A DNA stretch of 60,087 nt, counting the filler. It is 4 parts of 4 records of this genome, joined end to end, with 100 filler letters (N's around TTAATTAATTAA, not from the genome) between each part and the next. Parts side by side here need not be neighbours in the genome. Positions count along the whole stretch, not along the records: positions 13,394 to 34,916 come from SRR31156797_712; positions 35,017 to 48,641 come from SRR31156797_713; 2 more parts are not named here. The stretch is one strand, 5' to 3'. A program made the translations under genes and the position numbers. Below are positions 29,291-38,849 of this stretch, one piece after another. The notes under the pieces were generated by a model. It searched no databases and was not told the DNA's origin. It was given only the letters and a program-made list of their open reading frames with translations. Within the stretch, counting starts at the first letter, position 1, and each line of letters opens with the position of its first letter.

Positions 29291-32200
29291 ATGAATAAAA
29301 TATTTAACTACTTAAAACAATACAAAGATTTAGAGCTTCTGATCGTTTCCGATGAGAAGCAATCGCTAGTGGCATACGATTGTGCTGCATACTTGGGAAG
29401 AAAGCCGTTTGTCTTAAGTGATCTACGTGCAAATTTTGGGGATGATCTTTTATCATTTTCCGATGAGATCAAAGAGCTCACGGCAACACTTGAAGAGTAT
29501 CATAACTATAAAAAACAGAATAAGCTTTTGATCGTTCCTGTTCGAACTGCTTCGTATCCACTTCCAAAAAAAAGCTGTTTTGATTCTTTAGAGATTGAGT
29601 TTGGAGATACTCTAAAACATGATGAATTAAAAGATAAGCTATATAATTGGGGATACTATTTTGTTGATATCGTAAGTGAGCCTGGTGAAGTTTCCATTCG
29701 TGGAGATATTATCGATATTTGTCCACCTCATGAGGAGTTTGGATATAGGATATCACTTTTTGATGATGAGGTTGAATCGATTCGAAGATTTGATATTGAG
29801 ACACAAAAATCCCAATCAGATGAACTTGAAAAAGCTATTGTGTCTGCTTCATTTTTAGCTTTTGATGAAGAAAAACTTGACAAACTAAATGAAAAGATAG
29901 AAGCAAGCGGTATAGAGGTCTTTGAAAAAGATATCCACTCTTTAGGGTTTTGGTTTTTGGATGAAGAGGCAAATTATTATACAAAAGAGTTACGCTCATC
30001 TATTACAAAAGAAGCCCTTGATGAGATTGAAGAGGTGTATATCTTTGATGAACTTAGGATAGAAAAAGAGGAGCTTTTATCTACCACACCTATTTTAGAA
30101 GATGAAAAATATAAGCAAGTTGATGTTGCCAATGTAAGTGAATTTTTAGAGTTTCATAAAGATAAAAAGGTCACTATTATAAGTTCTACTGAGGGAAAAG
30201 TTCGCTCCTACGATCTCTTACTCTCTGAATACAAAGAGATTTTCCCAAAAGAAGATACAAATATCAATTATGTGGAAAACAGTTCGAATAATATCGTTTA
30301 TGCTCCGTGGATCATCAATCTAGTTTCCGATGATGAGGTGATCATCTCTTTAAATAAAGAGGTGAAAAAACGAAGAAAGAAAAAGCCAAAGATTGTTTTA
30401 GATGAATTGACAAAAGATGATTTTGTGGTTCATGAAGTGCATGGAATAGGGCAGTTTAAAGGGATCGAACCAGTTACGGTGATGGGAGCAAAGCGTGATT
30501 TTGTAGTGGTACAATACGCGGGAGAGGATAGGCTTTTAATCCCTGTTGAAAATATTGGCATAATTGATCGATATTTAGCAGATAGTGGATCTATAGCAGT
30601 TGTTGATAAACTTGGGCGTGGGAGCTTTGCTAAATTAAAAAGTAAAGTCAAAGAGAAGCTTTTTGCTATTGCTAATGATATTATAGGAATTGCTGCAAAA
30701 AGAGAGCTAACCAAAGGGCTTTATATCGATACAACTAAAGAGGAGTTGAAACTTTTTCAAAATCAAGCAGGATTTGAATATACCAAAGATCAAACTAGAA
30801 GTGTCAAAGAACTTTTAGCAGATATAAACTCAGGTCTTGTGATGGATAGACTTTTAAGTGGAGATGTTGGATTTGGAAAAACAGAGGTAGCGATGAATGG
30901 ATTGCTGGCTACTATTTTAAATGGCTATCAAGCTTTATTTGTATGCCCCACTACACTTTTATCTAATCAACATTTTGCAGGGATCAAAAAACGACTTGAG
31001 CCATTTGGAGTAAAAGTAGCCAAACTTGATGGAAAAACTACAACAAAAGAGAAAAATGCTTTAAAAAAATCTTTAAAAGAAGGGCAGATCGATCTAGTTG
31101 TTGGTACCCATTCACTTTTAAGTGTAGAGTGTAAAAATCTGGCTCTTGTGGTTATCGATGAAGAGCATAAGTTTGGGGTAAAACAAAAAGAGAAGCTTAA
31201 AAATCTAAGAAATGATGTGCATATCTTTTCTATGAGTGCTACACCGATCCCTAGAACTTTAAACCTAGCCTTATCAAAAGTAAAAGGGATGAGCGCACTG
31301 TTAACACCTCCAAGTGAGAGATTAGGGGTGCGAAGTTTTGTAAAAGAGTATGATGAAAAACTTATCAAAGAGATCATCCTAAGAGAAAAAAGACGTGGTG
31401 GACAGCTATTTTATATCTATAATAATATCGCTACTATTGAAACAAAAAAAGAGGATATCTTAGAGATACTCCCAAATTTAAAAATAGCCGTGATGCACTC
31501 AAAAATCACCCAAAAACAAAGTGAAGAGACTATTGAAGCTTTTGCCAATGGAGAGATTGATATCTTACTTGCAACAAGTATTGTAGAATCTGGACTGCAC
31601 CTTCCAAATGCAAATTCTATGATTATAGATGGAGCTGATAGATTTGGTATTGCTGATCTTCATCAGCTTCGAGGACGAGTTGGACGAAGTGATAAAGAGG
31701 GATTTTGTTACTTTTTAGTTGAAGATAAAAAAACGATCACTAAAGATGCAATTCGAAGACTTTTAGCACTTGAATCAAACTCATACCTTGGAAGTGGAAC
31801 CGCTTTAGCGCATCAAGACTTAGAGATACGTGGTGGTGGAAATATCATTGGAGAAGCACAAAGTGGACATATCAAACAAATAGGATATGGGCTGTATCTT
31901 AAGATGCTAGAAGAAGCGATTGCAACTTTAAGTGGAGAGATGAAAGAGGAGCAAAAAGAGGTCGATATCAAGCTTAGTATCACGGCATATATCACTAGTG
32001 AGTATATTTCTGAAGATAGAGTTCGGTTAGAGCTTTATAGACGGCTTAGTCGCTGTGAGTCTAAAAAAGAGGTATTTGAGATACAAGATGAGATGGAAGA
32101 TCGATTTGGAAAGTTAGATACAGCAACTTCTCAGTTTATAGACCTTATCATTATAAAGATCAATGCCTTAGAGCGAAATATTAAAACTATCAGCAATTAT

Positions 32201-32323
32201 GATATGAATATTACAGTAGTGTTTAATGATGAGCAAAAACAGACATTAAAAGCCCCTAGTCGAGATGATGATGACCTTATCAAAACAACTCTCTCTTTTC
32301 TTACATCTAAAAAGGAAAAATGA
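29291..32323 (+). CDS. mfd: Transcription-repair coupling factor
   Basis: RGDIID, VVHEVHGIG, GDVGFGKT, DEEH, SATPIPRT, QLRGRVGR, DLEIRG, TRCF tail. Confidence 0.96.
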   Translation: MNKIFNYLKQYKDLELLIVSDEKQSLVAYDCAAYLGRKPFVLSDLRANFGDDLLSFSDEIKELTATLEEYHNYKKQNKLLIVPVRTASYPLPKKSCFDSLEIEFGDTLKHDELKDKLYNWGYYFVDIVSEPGEVSIRGDIIDICPPHEEFGYRISLFDDEVESIRRFDIETQKSQSDELEKAIVSASFLAFDEEKLDKLNEKIEASGIEVFEKDIHSLGFWFLDEEANYYTKELRSSITKEALDEIEEVYIFDELRIEKEELLSTTPILEDEKYKQVDVANVSEFLEFHKDKKVTIISSTEGKVRSYDLLLSEYKEIFPKEDTNINYVENSSNNIVYAPWIINLVSDDEVIISLNKEVKKRRKKKPKIVLDELTKDDFVVHEVHGIGQFKGIEPVTVMGAKRDFVVVQYAGEDRLLIPVENIGIIDRYLADSGSIAVVDKLGRGSFAKLKSKVKEKLFAIANDIIGIAAKRELTKGLYIDTTKEELKLFQNQAGFEYTKDQTRSVKELLADINSGLVMDRLLSGDVGFGKTEVAMNGLLATILNGYQALFVCPTTLLSNQHFAGIKKRLEPFGVKVAKLDGKTTTKEKNALKKSLKEGQIDLVVGTHSLLSVECKNLALVVIDEEHKFGVKQKEKLKNLRNDVHIFSMSATPIPRTLNLALSKVKGMSALLTPPSERLGVRSFVKEYDEKLIKEIILREKRRGGQLFYIYNNIATIETKKEDILEILPNLKIAVMHSKITQKQSEETIEAFANGEIDILLATSIVESGLHLPNANSMIIDGADRFGIADLHQLRGRVGRSDKEGFCYFLVEDKKTITKDAIRRLLALESNSYLGSGTALAHQDLEIRGGGNIIGEAQSGHIKQIGYGLYLKMLEEAIATLSGEMKEEQKEVDIKLSITAYITSEYISEDRVRLELYRRLSRCESKKEVFEIQDEMEDRFGKLDTATSQFIDLIIIKINALERNIKTISNYDMNITVVFNDEQKQTLKAPSRDDDDLIKTTLSFLTSKKEK

Positions 32324-33102
32324 TGGAAAATGAACCTTTAAAGCAAAGTGTATCTGGAATGAATAATATTGTATCTATAGTACTAGGTGTAGCAGTGGTT
32401 GGGCTTCTAGCTATTGGAGGGTATATTTCCCAAACTAATGATATCGTTCCAAAGGGAAAAGAGAATAGCTTCCAAGATCTTCCAAAAAATGTGCAAGAGC
32501 AATATATTTTAAAAAATGAGATCTTAGATCTAGAAAAAGAGCTTCAAGATACAAAAGCAAAAGTTGAAAGGTTACAACTTCAAAGAACAGAACCAAAAGT
32601 GGATCAAGAGAATCAAGAGAATCAAAATGTTGCCATATCAACAGTAACTTCTGAAGAGTTGAATAAAAAATTAGAGATCAGAGAAAAAGTTATTGAGAAA
32701 ATTATAGAAATAAAAACAGAGATTGATAAGGATAAATATAAAACATATACTTGTAAAAGTTTTGAAGCAGGGGGAATTGTAATTCCACAGTCATGTAAAA
32801 AAGAGTTATTCCGATTTTTAGACTCCCATCAAGATTCAAAACTTTTTGAGATTATAGGCTTGGTTGATAATATGGAGTTTAGGCTTATTAAAAACCTTGA
32901 AGAGGTATATGGAAAAGAGAAAATAAAAGATATAAAAAAATATGTTCAAAGGGGACTCTCTCGACAAAGGGTTGTGGAGATGACATGGCTTATCAAAGAG
33001 CATTTTAGAAAACTTGGAAATGATGAGTTTAAGCTCAATGCAGTAAATTACTCTCTTTATTCAAAGGATAAAAGAGGGTTTGTTATTAAAGCCTATTATT
33101 AA
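32320..33102 (+). CDS. Hypothetical membrane-anchored coiled-coil protein
   Basis: N-terminal TM, coiled coil, C-terminal globular domain; overlaps the mfd stop. Confidence 0.7.
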   Translation: MMENEPLKQSVSGMNNIVSIVLGVAVVGLLAIGGYISQTNDIVPKGKENSFQDLPKNVQEQYILKNEILDLEKELQDTKAKVERLQLQRTEPKVDQENQENQNVAISTVTSEELNKKLEIREKVIEKIIEIKTEIDKDKYKTYTCKSFEAGGIVIPQSCKKELFRFLDSHQDSKLFEIIGLVDNMEFRLIKNLEEVYGKEKIKDIKKYVQRGLSRQRVVEMTWLIKEHFRKLGNDEFKLNAVNYSLYSKDKRGFVIKAYY

Positions 33103-34136
33103 TGATCTATGATATTGCAATTTTAGGAGCTGGAGCGAGTGGCTTAATGGCTGCTAGTTTATCAAAAAATAAAAACATTTGTATCATAGATTCCAATAAA
33201 GAGATTGGTGCAAAAATAAAAATCAGTGGTGGATCAAAGTGTAATATTACAAACCAGTATCTCTCTTCAGAATATTATTTAGGTCCAAAAGAAAGAATTG
33301 AAAATGTTTTTCAAAGATTTGATAATAAAAGTTTATTGTCTTTTTTAAATACTCATGGGGTATTTCCAAAGGTTGATGAAAAGATTGTTAAAGGAACTTA
33401 TTTTTGTAACTCTAGTACAGATGTTATTCAAATGTTTAAAAACTTAACAAAAAAAGCACACTATTTTTTAGAACATAAAGTTTTAGATGTAGAAAAAAAA
33501 GAAGATGTTTTTACGATAGCTAGTGATAAAAAAATATTCCAAGCAAAAAAACTGATCGTAGCAACTGGAGGTTTATCATACTCAATTTTAGGTGCAAGTG
33601 ATATTGGATATAAGATAGCAAAAAAGTTTGGACACACTGTGAGTAGGTTAGATCCTGCACTTGTAGGCTTTACTGTACAAAAAGAGCAATTTTGGTTTAA
33701 AGAATTAAGTGGACTTTCCGTAGATGTACGAATCACTATTGAAGATAAAAATATTGAAGGGAAAATGCTCTTTACCCATAAAGGGTGTAGTGGTCCAGCA
33801 ATTTTGAGTGCTTCACTTTATTGGACAAAGGGAAATATTAAAGTCAATTTTCTTCCTTTTAAAAACTCTTATTTACCAAAAAGATTAAAAAAAATTATAA
33901 ATGAACATAAAATTGATCCTAAAAATTATCTTTTTTCACCAGCAGGAAACTTTGGATATACTAAAGCTGAGGTGACAAAAGGTGGGGTATTGCTAGATGA
34001 ATTAAATGAAAATATGGAAAGTAGTTATATAAAAGATCTATATTTTATAGGTGAGGTGACCGATATTACAGGAGAATTAGGTGGATATAATTTTCAATGG
34101 GCATTTAGTAGTGCATGGTGTATGAGTAGTTTATAA
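33102..34136 (+). CDS. BaiN/HI0933-family flavoprotein
   Basis: GAGASG, KIKISGGSKCN, ATGG, VTKGG, GGYNFQWA. Confidence 0.9.
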   Translation: MIYDIAILGAGASGLMAASLSKNKNICIIDSNKEIGAKIKISGGSKCNITNQYLSSEYYLGPKERIENVFQRFDNKSLLSFLNTHGVFPKVDEKIVKGTYFCNSSTDVIQMFKNLTKKAHYFLEHKVLDVEKKEDVFTIASDKKIFQAKKLIVATGGLSYSILGASDIGYKIAKKFGHTVSRLDPALVGFTVQKEQFWFKELSGLSVDVRITIEDKNIEGKMLFTHKGCSGPAILSASLYWTKGNIKVNFLPFKNSYLPKRLKKIINEHKIDPKNYLFSPAGNFGYTKAEVTKGGVLLDELNENMESSYIKDLYFIGEVTDITGELGGYNFQWAFSSAWCMSSL

Positions 34137-34202
34137 AAACTATTAATTAAATTATAATAATTTATAAGATAAAATTTTGTAAAATTAATAAAAAGGCTTG
34201 AG

Positions 34203-34916
34203 ATGTTTTTTTCCAATAGTGCAAAGAATGAGGAGTGTGAACAGCTAAAAACTGAAGTTGAAAATCTTCAAAAACAGCTGAGTGAACTCAAAGCGCAACA
34301 TGCAAGAGAGATTCAACAGATTTCTTCAGAGTCGCAAAGTCAAATACAATCTTTAGAAAAAAAATATCAACAGATGCAAGATATTGCTTCTTTTAGTACT
34401 ACTGAGGGGTTGATTGCTGTTGATAGTTCTAAAAATATTATTTTTCAAAATGAGCGTGCGAAACAAAACATTAAAAATACTGCACCATTTTTAAGTGCTA
34501 TCTCTAATCAAGCTGAAACAATACTTGTAGAGGATTGTGAAGCAAAACTCACATATAAACAGTTTGGTGATATCACAGCAGTTTCACTAGTGAAAACATC
34601 GATCCATGATAATGCAGATGATGGATTACTTCACAAACACAACTCTAATATTAATCAGTCTCTAACTGGAACACAAACAGTATATCAAGAGCTTTTAGAT
34701 GAGCTTGATAATATGATGAAAGAATCAAAAGAGACTGCATCAGGTTCTACTGAAGGACTAAGCTTAACTCAAAGTATCGTAAAAGATACTAATAATCTAA
34801 ATGATCAGATCGTAACAGAAAATGAGATCGTAACAAATCTTGTTCAAAAAAGTGATGATATTGCTGGTGCAATTACTGTAATTGATCAAATTGCTTTCCA
34901 AACAAATATTCTTTCA
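34203..34916 (+). CDS. Methyl-accepting chemotaxis protein (3'-truncated by contig end)
   Basis: Ends in IDQIAFQTNILS, the start of the MCP signalling hairpin. Confidence 0.85.
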
Positions 34917-35016
34917 NNNNNNNNNNNNNNNNNNNNNNNNNNNNNNNNNNNNNNNNNNNNTTAATTAATTAANNNNNNNNNNNNNNNNNNNNNNNNNNNN
35001 NNNNNNNNNNNNNNNN
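34917..35016. other. Artificial contig linker
   Basis: N-run + TTAATTAATTAA + N-run. Confidence 0.98.
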
Positions 35017-35043
35017 TTGTGGCACCACACCCCCTTTTTGTGG
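35017..35043. repeat. Terminal overlap / iteron-like 21-bp unit
   Basis: Unit TTTTTGTGGCACCACACCCCC; same as 48612-48641; followed by AT-rich 35090-35145. Confidence 0.75.
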
Positions 35044-35196
35044 CCTTAAAGCCTGAAACAGGCTGAAAATAAAGCAAAAAAACGGCCCGAAATATATTAA
35101 AGAGTTTAAATATATTAAACAACAACATAGAAAAATTTAAAAACCCTGTTGTTGTTGTTCTTTCTTAAAAATCCAAACAACCAATTTATACAAAAG

Positions 35197-35221
35197 GGTA
35201 TACAGTACCGTACTGTATACC
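35197..35221. promoter_or_regulatory. Perfect 12-1-12 palindrome in the origin region
   Basis: GGTATACAGTAC-C-GTACTGTATACC. Confidence 0.6.
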
Positions 35222-35262
35222 ACCAAACAACTAACTTGCCCTTAACAGGGGCAATAACTAAC

Positions 35263-35364
35263 TCTGGCCGTCGTCCGCTACGCTCCCGACTTCACTTCCG
35301 CTTAAGGAAAATTGCCATTAAAATTGCGGAAGTGAAGTCGGGACCTACCAGCCCGACGGCCAGA
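35263..35364. other. GC-rich long hairpin (candidate oriT or single-strand origin)
   Basis: 11-bp outer stem, 10x10 internal loop, 18-bp perfect inner stem; flanked by AACTAACT boxes. Confidence 0.55.
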
Positions 35365-35403
35365 ACTAACTTTTTAAACTACCTTTTAAAACTAACTAAA
35401 AAC

Positions 35404-35412
35404 TGATATAAT
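35404..35412 (+). promoter_or_regulatory. Extended -10 promoter of the first replication-relaxation gene
   Basis: TG-A-TATAAT about 28 nt upstream of ATG 35440. Confidence 0.55.
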
Positions 35413-35439
35413 TCTACCAGTTAAACATAACAAAACCTA

Positions 35440-36402
35440 ATGAAATTAAAATATAGAAAATATACCCGAAACAAAAAACTAACTCAAATCAAAATACCAC
35501 ACCTGCAAGAACGAGACTTTAAAATTTTTTGTATTCTTCATGATTTCCGTTTTTGTAATTCCCGTCAAATTTCGGCACTTTTCAAAGGCGATGATCAAAA
35601 AATAGTCCGACGTCTCAACCTGCTTTATCATGCTGGTTGGCTTGATAGAATAAGAAGCCCTTTTATTATCAATGAGCCCATGATTTACGGCCTAACAAAC
35701 AAAACATACAATTTAATTTTTGAAAAATTGGGGCTTGAAAAAAAGAAAACTAACTACTCATCAAATAATAAGAAAATTTCTCCTTATTCTATTCCGCATT
35801 ACTTAGATACATCCGAGTTTATTATTGCCATTCAACTGGCCTGTAAAAACAAAGGCTATAAATTTGTATCGAGGCATGAAATAAAAAACGGGCTAAAAAA
35901 AAGAAAAGTTAAAGGCGTAAAGTTTGCCCCTCTTTCATGGACTGTCAACATTGAAAAGGAATTAAAAGAAAGGAACAAAAAAATCACGAACACCAACACG
36001 AAAATCAATCTTACCCCAGACTATATTTTTGCAATCGAGAAAAACAAAAAGACATATTATTTTTGTTTAGAAACTGACAAAGGGACAATGACACAAATTC
36101 CAAAAAATATTTCAAGGTCATCAATATATAAAAAATTCATGTGTTATCATGTGAGTTTTATATCTGAAATTTTTAATAAAAAGCTACACTTCAATGAAAT
36201 AAGAGTCTTAACCATCACCACATCAACCCAACGGCTTAACAATATGATTGACGTTATAAAAGACATTGACGAAAGAAAAAAAGGGTTGAGACTCTTCAAT
36301 TTTTCGGAACTGTCAAAAATCAGTGTCCAAGATCCGGACAAATTTTTTTCCGCAATTTGGTTGACTTCGAGAGGAGAAAAAAGAATAAAATTATTTAAAT
36401 AA
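35440..36402 (+). CDS. Replication-relaxation (Replic_Relax / MOBL-like) protein 1
   Basis: N-terminal wHTH (ERDFKI...RRLNLLYHAGWL), IPHYL, LTPDYIF, CLETDKGTM, KKFMCY, RVLTIT. Confidence 0.78.
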   Translation: MKLKYRKYTRNKKLTQIKIPHLQERDFKIFCILHDFRFCNSRQISALFKGDDQKIVRRLNLLYHAGWLDRIRSPFIINEPMIYGLTNKTYNLIFEKLGLEKKKTNYSSNNKKISPYSIPHYLDTSEFIIAIQLACKNKGYKFVSRHEIKNGLKKRKVKGVKFAPLSWTVNIEKELKERNKKITNTNTKINLTPDYIFAIEKNKKTYYFCLETDKGTMTQIPKNISRSSIYKKFMCYHVSFISEIFNKKLHFNEIRVLTITTSTQRLNNMIDVIKDIDERKKGLRLFNFSELSKISVQDPDKFFSAIWLTSRGEKRIKLFK

Positions 36403-36424
36403 TAAAAAAATGATATAGTTAAAT

Positions 36425-36684
36425 AACTAGTTGTTTTCTTTGATGTTTAACAGGCACGATGTAGCGGTTTTTGACGGCTATGGCAAACGTTAAAAACCGC
36501 TGTCCTTTACATTACTTTACGGCTGAATAAGCCCTGCACTCCAAAGGAGTGTTTGCAGTCGTATAAGACTTGTCCCCGTTTTTGCTTATTAAACGAGTTA
36601 ATTTCAGAGTTGTAAAAATCGGAATGACGTCAAGTTAGAAATAAGACTAGGCTAAAAGAGTGCATCAGCACTTTTTTAGTTTCT
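36425..36684 (+). ncRNA. Candidate structured ncRNA (~255 nt)
   Basis: Extended -10 at 36411-36419; closing stem 36427-36447/36627-36650; five internal helices with + strand G-U wobbles; terminator-like hairpin 36651-36680. Confidence 0.6.
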
Positions 36685-36686
36685 AT

Positions 36687-36718
36687 AAAAAAAAGACGCA
36701 CAAACAAAAGCGTCTTTT
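36687..36718 (-). terminator. Intrinsic terminator of the primase gene
   Basis: AAAAGACGC/GCGTCTTTT stem with an A-run on the left (U-tail on the minus strand). Confidence 0.65.
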
Positions 36719-36724
36719 ATCATT

Positions 36725-37708
36725 TTAAGCCTTGCCAGAGAGTAAAGCAAAGACTTGTTTTTTATTTAATAGATGAGGTTTTTTTTCATAAATTGAGACA
36801 TCAAAAGCTTTTACAAAACAACCTTTCCCGAGTAACAAAAGACATTCTTTTGTACATTTTTGACCGTCTTCATCACCGTCAAACAATAAATAAGCGTGAC
36901 CATTAGGCTTTAAATATTCGTAAATTAAATCAGCCTGGTTTTCACCTATGACCGAGCCCATAAGGGCCACAGTATTTAAAAGCCCGTAACTCCAAAACTT
37001 CCAAACGGTCAAAAAACTTTCGACGATAATTAAAGATTGGCGTTCGCCTGTTTGTCGGTGAAGATTATACACCTCCAACATTTTCAAAAAATCGGGGGGA
37101 AGTTTGTATTTTCCGTCTTCTTTTTCTTGTTCTTCATCAACCGCCCGGCCACAATAGGCCACCAGCTCACCCTTGATGTTGTGAATGGGGATCACCACTC
37201 TATCTTTCATCATTCCCTTTTTACAATAGCCCAGCCCGAAATAATCAATTTCAGCTTCAGTTATTTTTTTTCTTTCAAAAAAAGCGTGTTGTTTTTCAAT
37301 GCTTTTCAGTTGAAAATCCAACGGGGTATTTTCGCTTTTCTGCTCCTCTTTTTCCTCCTCCCCTCTTTCCTCTTTTCTCTCTTTCTTCTTCTCGAATTTC
37401 TTTTTGCCATTGTTCCCGCCCAAAAACCATTTTTGGAGTAACAGGCCCGCCTGATGAACGTTGACCCCCTCCATACTGGCCACAAAGTCAAGGACGTTCC
37501 CGCCGCTTTTACAATTTCCAAAACAGTTATAAGCGTTTTTTTCAAAAGAAACGGAAAATTGTTGAGGGTTGCTCCCCTTGTGGATCGGACAACACCCTTT
37601 CCAATCTTTACCACTTTTTTTTAAGGTTACCCCGTATCTGTCCAAGACCTCTTTAATGGATATTTTAGCCTTTACCTCTCCATAGTCGACCCAATTTTTT
37701 TTACTCAT
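36725..37708 (-). CDS. DnaG-like primase (CHC2 zinc finger + Toprim)
   Basis: CCPIH...CFGNC, GGNVLDFV, RVVIPIHN...YCGR, KY, IVES, FDGDEDG. Confidence 0.85.
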   Translation of the reverse strand: MSKKNWVDYGEVKAKISIKEVLDRYGVTLKKSGKDWKGCCPIHKGSNPQQFSVSFEKNAYNCFGNCKSGGNVLDFVASMEGVNVHQAGLLLQKWFLGGNNGKKKFEKKKERKEERGEEEKEEQKSENTPLDFQLKSIEKQHAFFERKKITEAEIDYFGLGYCKKGMMKDRVVIPIHNIKGELVAYCGRAVDEEQEKEDGKYKLPPDFLKMLEVYNLHRQTGERQSLIIVESFLTVWKFWSYGLLNTVALMGSVIGENQADLIYEYLKPNGHAYLLFDGDEDGQKCTKECLLLLGKGCFVKAFDVSIYEKKPHLLNKKQVFALLSGKA

Positions 37709-37925
37709 CTTTTTACCTCCTCTAAAAAGAACTGTTTAGAAAGAATGATAAAAATTAAGTCTAATTAAGTCAAATTTTTTAAAGCTAAAGGATAATTGGG
37801 GCACTACGCATTTTATATTTTGCAAACAAAATCAAATAGATATATCATCAAGGCTTTTTCAGAAATTCAAAAAAATATAGCCAATAAAATCAACCAATTG
37901 CTTGAAATATTGAGGCACTACAAAA

Positions 37926-38714
37926 ATGTTTGTGAGGAAAAAAGGCAACCGGTTTTACTTGGTAGAAAACAACCGGACTAATGGAAAGGTGAGACAAAAG
38001 GTAATAAAATATTTAGGGGTCAACCCCCGGGAAACAAGCTACCTGCCAAAATTGAATAAAATTCATCATGCAAAAGTAGAAGACTTTTTAAAAAAACTTC
38101 CGGATGATTCTTGTGATTGCATGATTGCCGATCCCCCGTATTTTATCAGTCAAAAAAGAATATTCACCCGGAACGGAAAACCGATAAACAAGGATTTTGG
38201 CCGGTGGGATCATGGCCACTTTCAAGAGTTCATGGATAGCTGGCTGAATGATTGTTTCAGAGTTCTAAAACATAACCTCTTTCTATTTTGCCGGTTTGAA
38301 AACATCGGGTATTTTTTCGAGCACTACAAAAGGTATTACAAAACGGCTATTGTCTGGCACAAAACAAACCCCACGCCCCACTTTCAAAAAAATACTTTTA
38401 TATCTTCCTGCGAGTCGATTATTTTTTTTCAAAAAAGGAAAGGACTTTTCAATTTTCTGTCTGTCAATGACATGCACAATTTCATCGAGACCCCCAACGA
38501 AACAAGACGAGGGATCAGAATCAACTCGACCCAAAAACATGAAAAATTAATCCAGTGGCTTTTAGAGATCGGAAGTAATAAAAATTCTTTGGTTCTGGAC
38601 TTATTTTCCGGTAGTGGAATTGTTTCCGGAACGGCCAAAAAAATGGAAAGAAATTTCATTGGTGTTGAGAATGATTTTTCAATGCTTAGAAAAGCAAGAA
38701 AAACTACTGTCTGA
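37926..38714 (+). CDS. Orphan beta-class DNA N6/N4-methyltransferase with short N-terminal extension
   Basis: DPPY (motif IV) before DLFSGSG (motif I); IVWHK; no cognate endonuclease recognised. Confidence 0.88.
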   Translation: MFVRKKGNRFYLVENNRTNGKVRQKVIKYLGVNPRETSYLPKLNKIHHAKVEDFLKKLPDDSCDCMIADPPYFISQKRIFTRNGKPINKDFGRWDHGHFQEFMDSWLNDCFRVLKHNLFLFCRFENIGYFFEHYKRYYKTAIVWHKTNPTPHFQKNTFISSCESIIFFQKRKGLFNFLSVNDMHNFIETPNETRRGIRINSTQKHEKLIQWLLEIGSNKNSLVLDLFSGSGIVSGTAKKMERNFIGVENDFSMLRKARKTTV

Positions 38715-38717
38715 ACC

Positions 38718-38827
38718 CCTGAGAGCCACGAGGTTCAACGTTCTCCGGGTTACGTATATAAAACCATGGCCTTTTTCCAAGGCTTTGAGAAAATAAAGCC
38801 CCGGGGTTTTTCTCAAAGTGTCTCAGG
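38718..38827. terminator. Hairpin region between convergent genes
   Basis: CTTTGAGAAAA (38783-38793)/TTTTCTCAAAG (38808-38818), enclosed by CCTGAGA/TCTCAGG. Confidence 0.4.
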
Positions 38828-38849
38828 TTTTTTAAGGGATAGGTTAGTT

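Noticed and set aside
34917-34964. MCP ORF extended to 34964 in the ORF track
   Set aside because: The extension is translated Ns ending at the linker stop
35017-35043. Terminal repeat as CRISPR repeat, phage terminal repeat or att site
   Set aside because: No spacers, cas or virion genes; its position upstream of Rep_3 fits iteron/circular overlap
35149-35406. 85-aa ORF in the plasmid origin region
   Set aside because: Runs through palindromes and hairpins with no SD or recognisable domain; better explained as non-coding origin DNA
36425-36684. ncRNA candidate as tRNA, tmRNA, tracrRNA/omegaRNA or hammerhead
   Set aside because: No cloverleaf or CCA end, tag ORF, hammerhead core, or neighbouring Cas/TnpB/IscB/IS110/RT gene
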